This document shows, one piece after another, positions 48,875 through 61,000 of a stretch of DNA of 64,000 nucleotides; position 1 is the first letter of the stretch; every line of letters begins with the position of its first letter. Below the pieces are notes generated by a model. The model ran no database searches. It was not told the DNA's origin and saw nothing but the letters and a program-made list of their open reading frames with translations. The position numbers and the translations under genes were made by a program. This DNA comes from Cyanophora paradoxa CCMP329 (taxonomy: Eukaryota; Plantae; Glaucophyta): assembly GCA_004431415.1 (NCBI GenBank), contig QPMI01000054.1, positions 248,001 through 312,000 on the forward strand, given 5' to 3'.

Positions 48875-50390
48875 ATGGCCGACGCGGCTTCGGAGGCCAG
48901 GGAGGCGCGCGCGGACGGCAGGAGACAGCTCTCAAAACCGAGCCTGAGCCGCCGCGTCAAGAGCGCGCTCCAGATCGACAAGCGCTACTTCTCGCCCTAC
49001 TACGTCGTGAACCTCGCCTACGTCGTCGGATTCATGGTAGTGCACTATATCTGCGGACCGGAGACCGACCCGGACTCGGTTCTCCTCGGCAAGTACACGA
49101 TCGTGCGCCCGCCCGCCCGATTGAGGGCGCCCTTAAGCGCGACGCCCGCGGGCGGCGTAGGCGGACGCAGCACCGCTCCATAGCGCTTTTCGAGCGCTCA
49201 CGCCGCGCGCCGGGCGCAGGAGCACCAGCTCATGCTCAGCGGCTCCATGTTCATCGTCGCGAAGTCGATCAACATGGACTCGTGGGACCAGCTCTGGTGC
49301 GCTGCCGCCTTGCGCGCTCGCCCTTGCGCGCCCGCCTCTGCACCGAGCGTGCGCCGAATCGTTGACCGTGCGGACGCCTGGCAGGTACTGGGTCTTCTTC
49401 TTCGGGAAGGGCGCCGCGCTGCTCCTCTCCTACCAGAACGGGGCCCGCTGGCTCGCCGCGAACTTCGCGATTTTCCTGTGTACGACCCGCCCCCTTCCCC
49501 CGCCCGCGGCCCGCCGCTGACGCGCGCGGCGGCGGCCGCCGTCAGTGCTGTTCCTCACGCTGGACCAGCCGGCCTACACGGGGCCGTCGAACCTCACCTT
49601 CCTGACCCCCGCGAACTTCGACTGGCTCGTGGGGGACCCGAACGCGCACCACGACTGGCTCGTCGAGGCGTACAGTGCGGCCCCGTACCCCCTGCCCCCG
49701 TGCCGCAGTACCCCTCAGGCTTCCCCCCCCTGCCCCTTCGGCCCGCAGCGACGTGGGCCTTCTCATGCACTCAGTTCGCGCCGACCTTCGCCAAGCTCTC
49801 CGTCGAGTGCGTACTCCCCCCTCCCCCTTGAATCACCGCCCCCCCCCCCCCTCCGCCCTCCCCCGCGCCCCCGCTTCTGAACTGGGTACCCCCAGGTTCT
49901 CGTCGGAGGAGCTGCGGTTCGGGAAGCTCGACGTGGGCCGCTTCCCGAAGCTCGCGGAGAAGCTGCGCATCGAGACGACGACCTCCAGCAAGCAGCTCCC
50001 CTCCCTCCTCTACTTCTCCAAGGCACCCCTGCTCGCCGCCGAGCCGCGTACCCCCCTTCCCTGGCCGATGCGGCGCCGGCGCAGGGGAAGGAGATCGCGA
50101 GGGTACCGGAAATCCTGGAGGACGGGAGCGTCTCACCCTTCGAGATGAACAGGGTACGGCGTTTCGGGTCTAGATCTCGGCCCTCCAGCCCCGGCCCGTT
50201 CCGGAGTCGAGCCGGTGCGCAGAAATCGGTGGTGCGGTTCTTTGGACTGGACGGGGCGGACCTGGCAGAGGCGGCGCCGGGCGAGGAGGGGACGGCGGAG
50301 GACGCCTCGGGCTCGAAGCCGGCGGGGGCGGCGGGCAAGCGCCAGGCTGCCGCCGGAGCCGGCGTCCGCAACCGCAGGCGCCGCGGCTAG
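48875..50390 (+). CDS. TMX2: thioredoxin-related transmembrane protein 2
   Basis: SPYYVVN, QPAYTGPSNL, WLVEAY.TW..SCTQFAPTFAKLS, LRFGKLDVGRFP and SSKQLPSLLYF..GKEIARVP across 8 exons. Confidence 0.9.
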
Positions 50391-50640
50391 CCAGAACTAG
50401 ACGGAAGATGCGGGCGCCCCGGGCCGGCGCGCGGCTCAGCTGGGCCCCCGCGACCAGCAGATCCGTGCTCGCAGCTCTTAGTTTCAATACAAATTCGCCC
50501 ACGTGCACGCAGCTCGAAAGCCGCCCGCGCACCGTTCCGAGTCCATCTGAGCCTCTCGCGCTACTTCTGGTCTGCCCTGCCCTACATCAAACGCTGCCTC
50601 GTCCTATCTGGCCTGGCGGGAAGGCGGGGGCCGGGGCGGC

Positions 50641-51805
50641 CTAGGGCGGGAGGCCCATGCGCAGGCGGGCGCCCTCGATCATCGCCCGCGCGTCGTTGGA
50701 GAGCGCCTTGCTGTCCGACATTGCCTCTGCCGCAAGCGGTCGGGGCGCCGGCGGGGAAGGGGGCGGGGAGGGGCCGAGGGGGGTACGGGCGCACTCCGGA
50801 AGGGCTTCTCGAGCTCGGGGAGGAAGTCCTCCCTCTCCACCGCGTCCGCGAACGAAGCCCCCTTGAACCACCTGCGCGGGGGGTACGGTCGGCGAGCGCG
50901 CGGGGGCGGGGCGGGGCGGGGCGGGGCGGGGCGGGGCGGGGGGGCACGGGTCGGTGCGGGGGATCTCGAGCTTGTAGGAGGCGGGGTCGTCCAGGCCCGG
51001 GGTCGCGTACAGGTCCTTCGCCGCGAAGCGCGTCCGCTCCCCGTCCAGCGTCGCCAGGCCCGGCAGCCTCTGCAGCACCTGCCCCGCGGATCAGATCGCG
51101 GCCCCGGCGCCGCATTCGGTTCGGGATCCGAGGGACGGACCGTCGTGCGGTAGGACGGGTGATCGCACACTGCGTGGCAGCGCTTAGCTGGGCGCGAGAG
51201 CGGGGGCGCGGGCGGGGGCGCGGGCGCGCCTGGGTTCCGCTGCGAGCCGTCGAGGTTCTTCAGGAAGAGCGACTTGAGGTTCTTGCAGGCGGCCAGGCTC
51301 GACACGTCGTCGATGTTGTGGATCTGGTTGTCCTGCAGCGCCAGGTGCTCCAGCGTGACGCACCCCTCGAGGCCCTCTGCCGGCGCCGTGCGCAGAGCAA
51401 GGACGTTAGCGGCGCGGACGGGCAGCCAGGAGGCGAGGCCACGAGTCGCGGCGCGCCGCACCGATCCTAGAGATCTTGTTGGACGTTAGGATAAGGCGCT
51501 TCAGCTTCGCGCATGTTCCCAAATTCTCTGCCGTCGCGGGCGACTCAGCAACGCGCAGCGAGGCAACCCAGGCCGGCTCGGCGCGCCTATCTTCTCGATT
51601 GCGTTGCCCGACAGGTTGAGCTCCTGCAGATTTATACACATCTCCACGCCCTCAATCCTGACGCCGAGTCAGCGGTTTCACAGTGAGCGCACGCTGAAAC
51701 AGACCAGCGGATGCCGCGGCGGATGAGCTGGAGGCTAAAGACGACCTCCACGTCGAACGCTCCGGTTGCTTGCTTTATGAGCTGCTCCGTTATGCGCTCC
51801 GCCAT
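50641..51805 (-). CDS. LRRC61: leucine-rich repeat protein 61-like
   Basis: MAERITEQLIKQATGAFDVEVVFSLQL, SDS22-like LRRs, and LRR cap NP|VCDHPSYRTT|VLQRLPGLATLDGER. Confidence 0.8.
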
Positions 51806-52529
51806 CGCTGGCGCCCTGTAAGGCCCTGCCTAGTGCCGCTGCTGTAGCTAGCTCCCGTGCTCCTCAAAACGCCTCCGCTGAGCAGCTGGCTGCGGCCGGG
51901 AGCCGGAAGCTGCAGAAAACCCACGGGCCACGGGCAGCTCAAAATAACCTCCCCTACCGGCTTTGAACCCGCACTGCGGCAACCAAGCTCTTAAGCTTCG
52001 CATGCGCAGATCTAGATATCGATGATCTGATCGGCGCCGGCGCCGGCGACGATGAAACTTTGAGCTCGCGGTCGAGGCGCTCGATCGCGGCGAGGCCGGG
52101 CCCGAGCTCTGCGCAGCGCATTGCGCACGCGCACGCGGCCAATTGATATTGCAAGGTCGACGTCCACCTCGAACTTGAGCTCGAGCTCGCTCGCGCGCCG
52201 CGCGCGCTGTCGCGCGCGCATGCGCAGCCCTGCTACGTACGTGCATGCGCAGGCGGGCCGTCGTACGTGCGCGGCGCACGCGCGCGGCCGCGGCGCCGGC
52301 CACGCTGGCCCCGGCCGCGGCGCCTGCGCGCCTCGGGGCTCGAGCTAGCCTCGCGATCGCGCCGCGCCTAGAAATTTTCATCTACGTATACGGCCCTATA
52401 TATATAGCTATATATAGCTATAGCCTCCTCTCGATCGAACTCCCCCCTCTATAAAAGTTCTCCCCCCTAGGCCTCGAGCTCCCCACTCCCCCGGCCCTGC
52501 ATGATCATTACCGTGATTATAATTATTGA

Positions 52530-52733
52530 TTTTTTTTTTGGTGAATTACCGGCCACAGCCTCTAGTCTACTCCAGCACTGTGGGGGCGTGTACAGGCAAG
52601 GTGGGGCATGATCGATCGGAATTATGTGGAACGGGCGGGATTTGAAGGCGTGATTCTCATCGCAGGGCGATTCGAACACGGAAGGCATGCATCGGAAAGC
52701 GTGTATGATAACCACACCGCTATGAGCGGGGCA
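52530..52733 (-). mobile_element. tRNA-derived SINE
   Basis: 15-bp TSD GATTATAATTATTGA (52515-52529 and 52734-52748). Minus-strand A box TAGCGGTGTGG (52712-52722), B box GTTCGAATC (52669-52677) and an A10 tail. Confidence 0.85.
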
Positions 52734-53209
52734 GATTATAATTATTGACATTCGAGGATCCGGATCCTATCATTCGAGAATTCTGGATCGAAAAACCCGA
52801 GGATCCCCGAAACATGCATGAATTGATCATGATTAGATCATATGCATAGAAGAAAGGAAAGCCGATGTTTCCAATGGGAGCATTTGAGCCGTTGATATAT
52901 TTCCCTCCTGAATTTGGAGGGAACTCGAGCTCGAAGAGGACAGATCTATAGCTAGATGGAGCTCACGTTCCCTCTCTACGAGTCCATTCAGAATTCCGGC
53001 CGATCCGCAAGCCCGCTCCGCCGCCGCAGATCCGCATCAGAGCCGCCAATGTGCGCGCCCTCCTCGCGGGAATTTCGCGCCCTGAGAAACCCGCGCGCGC
53101 AGAAGAAATATGGGAGATCCATCCGTCTCCGCGCGCTACGCCGAGGCAGAGAAGGTGCCGAATTCGAATGACGCGTTCGCTCGCGATTGCCTGCAGCTTA
53201 TCGCGCGCG

Positions 53210-53503
53210 ATGCAGCGCCGCGCTTCGGGCACGGCCGGGGCGGCTGCCGCGGGTGACCACGTTGAACACGGCGGGCGTGGGGGTTCGCATCCGAAAATTT
53301 CCGTCGGAGCGGCCTCCATCGGCGCCATCGCGGGCTCGTTCCTGGGCAGCGCGATCGGAGGCGCTGCAGGTGCGCATCCGCGCGCGTCCATCCGATATCG
53401 ATCCGCAGCAAACTCGCTTATAATTGCACGATCAATTCACGCGCCGCGCCGAATTTGCGCAGGCGAGGCCATCGGGGGCCCGCTCGGTGGTACGGTCGGG
53501 GCT
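53210..53503 (+). CDS. small glycine-zipper protein exons (ends uncertain)
   Basis: GAASIGAIAGSFLGSAIGGAA|GEAIGGPLGGTVGAG across a GT-AG intron. Confidence 0.4.
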
Positions 53504-55495
53504 GGTGCGAGGAATCGCCGTGGATTGCGCTGCTGCAGGCGCGCGCCTGCGCGCGAGAGCCGGAGATCTGACATTGCGTACGCACGTTGTGGATTGAAGC
53601 CCTCGCGGGGACAGCGGGACTGGTTGCGGGCGCAAGTGCGCGATTGATATCGCGACGCCGATTGCATTAATATTAAATATATAATAAATTCCTTCCTGAT
53701 CTCTGGGCGATCGACTTGAAAATTTGACCGGGGTGCACGTGCATCGATGCATCCGCAGCGCCAGCGTTCAAAGTGGAGGCCAGTCCTGAGGAGCTGGAGG
53801 GCGCATCGGGCAAGTCTCACGTGCGTTCACATATTAGTACTGGCATATAATCATGCATCGCGATCGCGCACACGTGCAAGTTCGAATTCATCCGATGATC
53901 CTCGTTGACCGGACGTCGGTTTTAAATATGTAGCTTATAAGAAACAAAAATACATATGCATGATCATGAAAGAGATGATTAGATGTAATATTATACGCAT
54001 AAGAAAAGGATTAGAAGCTGAAATGGAAAGCTCTACGTGAAGAAGCTGATACCTTGAGCTTGATATTCACTGGATTGAAAGCTCTACCGTCTTAAGAAAT
54101 TGATCTGGGCATGTACCGCGGCTCTGCAGCCGCACGAGTCGATGTCGGAGCTCGGGCCGCGATCGGACCACGCGTGATCGCCGCTGCGCCTTGATGACAA
54201 TTCGGGGCAGTGCTGGTGCTCTCAGTCTGAAAGGTACGGTCATGATCAGCGCCGGCGCCCCACCACTCTATTTACGTATACGTCGACCAATATTAATTTT
54301 ATTTCTTCATTTGCGCATGGTCAGCCTGCAGCTGGACAGCAGGACCGTGAATAATGTAAATTTAATTTAGGCTAGCTAGCGCCATATATATCGGAATCCT
54401 GCAGCTGCAGTGCATGACCTACATTTTGCGCATTAGGTCTAGTACTACGCGTACGCGTACGGTAGCTGTATATATTGTTTCGCAACATGTACATGTAAAT
54501 ACGTGTACATCATCTTGATCATGATTATGGGCTCCACTCGATCGATATCGGGCGCTATATCGAGCGCGGCCTCGCGATCGCCCTGCAGCTGGCGTCGCCT
54601 TTCTCAAGTTTTTCGAACTCTCGACCGCTTTAAAGTTATTGTCGCAATTCGCAGAGTGTTCGAATTCACAGACTTCGCCATGTACACATTGGCAGAATTC
54701 AGTTCGCATAGCGGCGATCTCCTAACTTAATGACCTGACACTAGGCTGACAGTAGTATAGCCTATATAGCTAGGCCTGAAGGCCGAAGGCCGAATTTCCG
54801 CCGAATTCGATCGAAGTCCTAAAATTAAAGCCGAGCTAGCTATTGATGTACTCCGGCCATTCCAAAAAAAAACGTTTTCAAATCGGCGGGCACCAATGGC
54901 GGTCGAGTTCGCGGTCGAAACTCCCATACATGAATGACGCGAATCGAGTCATTCAGGAGTTGACGGCGACTTGACGCCGCAATGACGCGAAAGTTGGCGG
55001 CGCCCACACGCCGCCCAGCGACTCGCAGGCTCAGCGGTGACAGCGGCTGTCGCAGCGAGTCGCCGAGTCGGCGGCGACGGGGCCGGCCCGGGCCGGCCCG
55101 GCCGGCGACGGCCCGGGCCGCCCGGCGACGTCGACGGGCCGGCGTTACGGCGGCGTAACCATCGAGGCTGATGCCATGATGATGGAGCCCGTGCCGCGGC
55201 CCGCGCGCGCGGGTACACGAAAATCGGTATCGACCCCAGCGGGCCAGCGGCCAGCTAGCTTCGAATTCCAGCTTCAGCGCCACGCTGCGTCTACCGGTAG
55301 CCGGCGGTAGGCGGCGGTAGCTTCTTCCCGAGGAGCTCGCAGTCCGAGGCAGTCGGCGATCGCACGCTGCGTGGTGGCTAGCAAGACGCGCGCGTTTAAT
55401 TATAACAGCTGGGCGCGCGGCCTGTATGAATTCGAAACAGCCGCAGCGCGCCGGGGCGCGCGCCGCGTGCCCGTGAGGTCGAGATCTAGAACCCA

Positions 55496-58023
55496 ATGTC
55501 CACGTGCGCGGCTCTGCTCCAAGGCTCGCAATGCGGCCGGGTGCAGCCCTCATCCCGAAGGCAGGCCCGAATCGCGATCTGCGCCGCGGGCCGCGTTCGT
55601 CTCCGACCTTGCCCGGGGAGATGCGGCAAGCGGGGGGGCGACCCCTTCCTCCCGCCACCTCTACGGCGTCGTCCTTCTGGCGGACATCGCAGGGCGAGCG
55701 CCCTGCTGCGCTTGACAGCTTCATCATGACCTTGTTCCTGCCCGCCCTGCTGACCGCTGCCGCGGCCGTGCGCACGTAGGAGCGTGCGGGCTGCGCGGGC
55801 GCTGCTGCGAGACGACGCGGAGGGCGGGGCGCGGGGCGCCGAGCTGCTCTCTCGCTGCCTCAACGCGGCGCTGACCCAGATCGTCCGCGTGGCCCGCGCG
55901 TGGGACGTCGGTGCGCCCCGGCCCGCCCCGCCTTTAGCCGCCGCGCGCGCGATCTCTCCGTGCCCACCGGCGCCCCTTCGAACTGGTCATCTGATCCCGC
56001 CGCCCCGGCAGATTTGCTCCGCTTCTTGGGGGACGCGGCGCTCCTCCTGGTGCCGTGCGCCGGCCGCGCGGACCTGCCGGCCGCGTGCCGCCGCGCCCTC
56101 CGCGTCGCCGCCGCGCTCCTGGAGCCCGCCGCGCCCTCCGCCGACGTTCCCGAGCCGTTCAGGCGCCCCGGGCATGCGCCGTCGGACGGGGCGTTAACGT
56201 TTCTGAGCGCGCGGGGGCAGGCTGCACGCGTCGGTGGCGGCGGGCCCGCTGGCGGCGCTTCGCCTCGGTGGCGTGGGGGGCAAGCTTGAGCTGGTGGCCC
56301 ACGGGCGCCCCCTCGACCGCATCGCCCGCGGCATCGGCCTCGCCGGCCCGGGCGCCGTCTGCGTCGCCCCCGAGGTGCCCCTCCCGCCCGCTTTGGGGGC
56401 TGCTGTCTCGGACCCCTCAGGCGTGGGGGACGCATATCAGGTCCTGGACGCTCTGGGCGGCCCGCCGGCACCCGCGGCCGGCTCGGGGCCGGCGGGGGAC
56501 GGGTTCTGGGTCTTCGAGGGTGGTTCCGCGGCGCTGGCTGCCGCCTGCGAGGCGGGCCCGCCGGGCCTCCTCCCCGGGCCCCCGCCGCTCCCCTTCGCCC
56601 TTCCTGCGGAGTCCCCTCCCCCGGATCCGGACGCCGTTTCGGCATTGGACGGCGCCGGACCGGAACCGGAGGCGCCCGGGCCGGGGGCGGCGGGCGCCTG
56701 CACCCCCGGGGATCCGGACCCCGCGGCCGGCGACGCGGCGTACCGGCCGTACGTGCCCAAGGACGTCGACTGGGTGCTCGACCACGGCGGGTGCGGCGGC
56801 GGCGCAGCTTGAGCCGCCCGCAGCTCGAGCTCCCCTTCCGCTCACGCGCCGGCCCACAGGCGCTTCCTCACCGAGCTCCGCATCATCACGGTGCCCGGCC
56901 CCGCCCCCGCCCCCGCCCCGGCCGGCTGCGGCGGCCCGAGCGCCGATCCGACGCGCCGGCATCGGTCCCCAGGTGGCTTTTCTGCTGCTGGCGCCCCCGC
57001 CGGAGCCCGAGCCTGCGGGGGCGAGCGCCTCTGGCCCCGACCACGACGAGGAGCCGCTCGACCCCGTCCGCCCCTCCCGCGAGCCCCGTCCAGCGGCCCG
57101 AGCTTGCACCGAGCGGCGCGCAGGGGGCGCTGGGGGCGATGCAGCGGCGGGTGTGCGCGGTGCAGGAGGAGGCAGAGCGCGCCCGCGGCGTCGTGCGCTC
57201 CTTCTTCCGCGACGACAAGGTCCGCCCCATTCCTCCTTCTTCTTCTTCCGGGGCGGGTCGACGCGGGCGGGCCCGTTAGAGGGCGGGCGCCTTGACCTCG
57301 GAGCCTCTTGCCGAGGCGAGGGGTCCGTTCTGGCATCCAGCGCGGTCTCCGTTAGACTTCAAAAAAGAAAAGGGGGAAGGAATCGCGAAGCTCGGGTCCC
57401 GCCCCGCGCCGGCGCGCCTCACGGGGCGCAGGGCTTTGTCGCGCTGGTGACCTTCGGGCTCGCCGGGGGCGGCGGCGGCGCCGACGACCCCCTCCGCGCC
57501 GCCCTCTTCGCCGTGCCCCCCGCCCGCTCTCCCCCCGCCCTCGGAGCTCGGCGCCGACGTGCGTTCGGGGGCGGGGGACACAGGTGCGGGTGCGGGACGC
57601 CTTCGCGGCGGGGTCGCTCGGCCCCGTCTCTATCGGGCTCGCCACCGGCCGGTGCGTCCCCGCGCCCGCGCCCGCGCCCGCCGCCCCGCCCCGTCCCGCC
57701 CTGCGCCCGACGAATTCCTCTCAGCGTTTTCTGCGGGATTGTGGGCGACCCCCTCCGCCGCTGCGACTACACCGGTGCGCGTTTGCGCGAAGAAACGTTC
57801 CTCATTCCCCGCTCATTCTCGAGGGCCGGGGACGCGACGCGCAGTGCTGGGAGACTCTGTCAACCTCGCCGCGCGGCGCGCAGGCGGCGCTCGAACTTTC
57901 GCGGCGGCGCGTTCCGCCGCCGCGGGCCAGTGGGTCTGACGAAGCTTCCCTCGGCCGCGCGCAGGCTCATGGCGGCGGCGAAGGGGGCCGTCTGGGTGGA
58001 CCGCGCTACCCAGGCCCGCCCCG

Positions 58024-58055
<32 letters not shown>

Positions 58056-61000
58056 CCCCGTCTTGATTCGGACGGCGGCGGCGGGGCGCAGGAGGCGGTG
58101 GGACGGGGTACGCGACGGAGGAGCTGCCGCCGCTCAGCATCAAGGGCTACGACGGCTTCGTTCGCGCCTTCGCGCTCCTGCGGCGGCAGCTCCGCGCCGG
58201 GGGCACCACGGGCCGGTGCGCGGGCGCGGGCGCGGCTGGCGCGCTCCCTCGGGGAAGCGCTGAGGGGCGCGGGGCGGCGTGTTGCAGGCTGTCGCGGGGG
58301 CACCTGGCGGGGCGGGCGGCCTCGCGGCGCTCCCAGACCTCGCGGTCGCGGTCGGGCTCCAGGGGCTCCGCGAGCCCCGACTCGGCCTCCGCCAGCCGCT
58401 CCCGCCGCACCTCCCGCACCCAGGCCCGCCCGCCCGCCTGCCCACCCGGCCCCCGCGGCCGGCCCCCTGCGATCTGAGCGCCCCCTGCCCCGCAGTCGCT
58501 CTCGCAGGCGGGGGACGAGGGCGAGTCGCGCCTCTTCGGGCGGCGGAGGCAGCTGCGCGAGGCCCGCCCCCGCCCCCGCCCCCGGCGCTCCGGCGCTCCG
58601 CCTCCGCCCCCTCAGCGCCGGGCCCCCGGGCGCAGATCCGAGACTTCCTGCAGCGGGCGAGGCCCTCGGGCGTCGGCGCCGGCGTCCTCCTCATCGAGGG
58701 GGAGCCCGGCTCGGGCGCGCCCCCTCGCCTGCCTCTCGCCTCCTCTCCGCTCCGCTCGGCCCTCACCGCGGCCGTCCGCTCGGCGCGCGCGCGCAGGGAA
58801 GAGCTTGCTGCTGGGGGAGGCGCTGCGGATGGCGGAGGCGCTCGGGGTGCCGGCGGTGACCATCGGGGGCGACCCCCTCGAGGCCGCCCGCCCCTTCCAC
58901 GCCCTCCGCGAGGCCCGCCCCCGCCCATCGGATCGGATCTGATCCCGTCTGATCTGATCTGAGGGTAATCGTCTCGCAGGCGCTGCGGTGCATGCTGGGG
59001 ACGGGCGGCAAGGGCGACCCGGTGCGCCGGCGGCGGCCGGTCTCGGCCGGGGGCGCTCCTGAGCGTGCTCCTGCGGCAGGTGGCGCTGAGTTCGGACGAG
59101 GAGCAGACGGATCCGGAGGCGTCGGAGGCGGGGCCGGCCGCCGGCCCCCCGCCCCAGCTGCTTCTCAAGCCTTGCAGCTCCGTGCGGCGCGCCCTGCCCC
59201 AGCACTGGCTCCGCTCCCGCGCACAGATCCCGAGCCTCCAGGTGAGGGCCTGCATCTGCGCGCCTCCTTCGCCTTGCCTGCCCTGCCTTGACGCGGGCCG
59301 GCCCTCGCGCCTCCGCCCCACCCCGCCCCGCGCCGCCCCGCCCCGCGCAGATCTACGACATCGTCACGGACGCGACGGCAGAGGCGTCGAAGGAGGGCGG
59401 CGGGTCGGCGCCGGCGTCGGACGCGGAGGAGGCGCACGTGCGGCCGCCCGAGGGCGCCGGGGCGGCGCTGGCGGCGGGCGACGGGGCGGGGCGTGGGCGG
59501 CTGGAGGGGCGCCCGCCTCGCGGCGCGCTCCCTCAAAGGCACCTTCCGCAACAGCTTCAGGCGCAGCTTCAAGCGGGGCGGCGAGCTCGACCTCGAGGCC
59601 GCCGCCGGGGCCGGGGCCGGGGCCGGGGCGGAGGCGGCGGGGAAGGGTGCCGGCGGGGCGGCGCGCCTCGCGCTGCTGAAGGTCCTCCGGCGGGTGGAGC
59701 CGCGCCTCGCGACCCTCCCCAACGCCCGCGTGCGCCCCACCCCGGCGACTCGAGCTCGATCCCAGCACGCGCTCGAGAGATGGTTTGAGCTGAGGCGCGC
59801 GCGCGGGCGGGCAGATGCTGGACCTGCTGCTGCGGGAAGGCCCGGCGGCGGCAGATGCGGAGGAGGGGGAGGGCGGCTCGCCGGGCGACGCGGAGGCGCT
59901 GCTGGCCTTCGCGGGGGCTTTCCTCCTCGCGGTCATGCGCCGCTTCGGGGGCCTCCTCGCCGTCGACGACGCCCCGCACCTCGACTCCGCCACCCGCCGC
60001 CTCCTCGCCGCCCTCGCCGCCGCCCCGGGCACCTCCCTCCTCCTCACCTGCCCCCCGCCCGCCTCCTGCCCCGCCTGCTCCCAGATGGAGGCCCTGCGCG
60101 CCTCCCCGCGCGCCCGCCTCCTCCCCCTGCCCCCCTTCTCCCCCCTCGAGACCCGCGCCTTCGTCGGGCACCTGGCGCGCTTCCCCCCCTTTTTCCCCAT
60201 TACCCCCCCGTCAACGCCGTACCCCCTCCCCAGGTGGACGCGGCGGCGGAGGCAGTACCCCCCTGGCTCGCCTCGGAGCTGGCGGAGCAGTCGCGCGGCA
60301 ACCCCTTCCTCATCCAGGAGATGGTGCTCGCGAGAGATCTAGAATTACACAGTCGCGATCGGCCACTCGAGGCGAGCTAGCTCACCTCCGCCTCGCTCCG
60401 GCAGGTGGCGCACCTGCGGGGCCAGCACGTGCTGGCGCGCATGCCCGACGGCGCCCTCGTCGTCTTCGACGAGCGCGGCGACCCCCTCCCCTTCCCCGAG
60501 GTCCGCCCCTTCCCCCCGCGGGGCGGGCCGGCCGCCGAGGCCGCAGACGATACCGCACTCTCGCGGGGCGCCCCTCTGACCAGCGCCGTGGGCAGCGGCG
60601 GGGGTCGCTGCCGCTGGCGGCGTCGCTGGAGCGGCTCGTCGTCTCGCGGCTGGACCGCATCTCCCCCGAGGCCGCCCTCTGCTGCCGCCTCCTCTCCGTC
60701 CTCGTCCGCCCCCCTCGAGTTCCGCCCCGCCCCGGCCCCGCCCGACCCGCCGCGCCGCGGCCGGGCAGGGGGCGCGCTTCGACGTGGCGCTGGCGCGGGA
60801 GGTGCTCGCCGCCGACGCCGACCCCGCCGCCCTCCCCGCGCCCTCCCGTGCCCGGCCCCGCACCCCGCCCCCCGCCCGCCCTTCACGCGCGCTCCCTAAA
60901 ACGCCCCCCCGCGCAGGCGCTGGAGGCGGGCGGGGTGCTGGTGCGGGACGACGCGCGGCGGGGCGTGCCCGAGTACCGCTTCGCCTCGGCCGCCACCGCC

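Noticed and set aside
52660-52733. Possible tRNA gene
   Set aside because: The cloverleaf is imperfect. The poly(A) tail and TSD show it is a SINE head.
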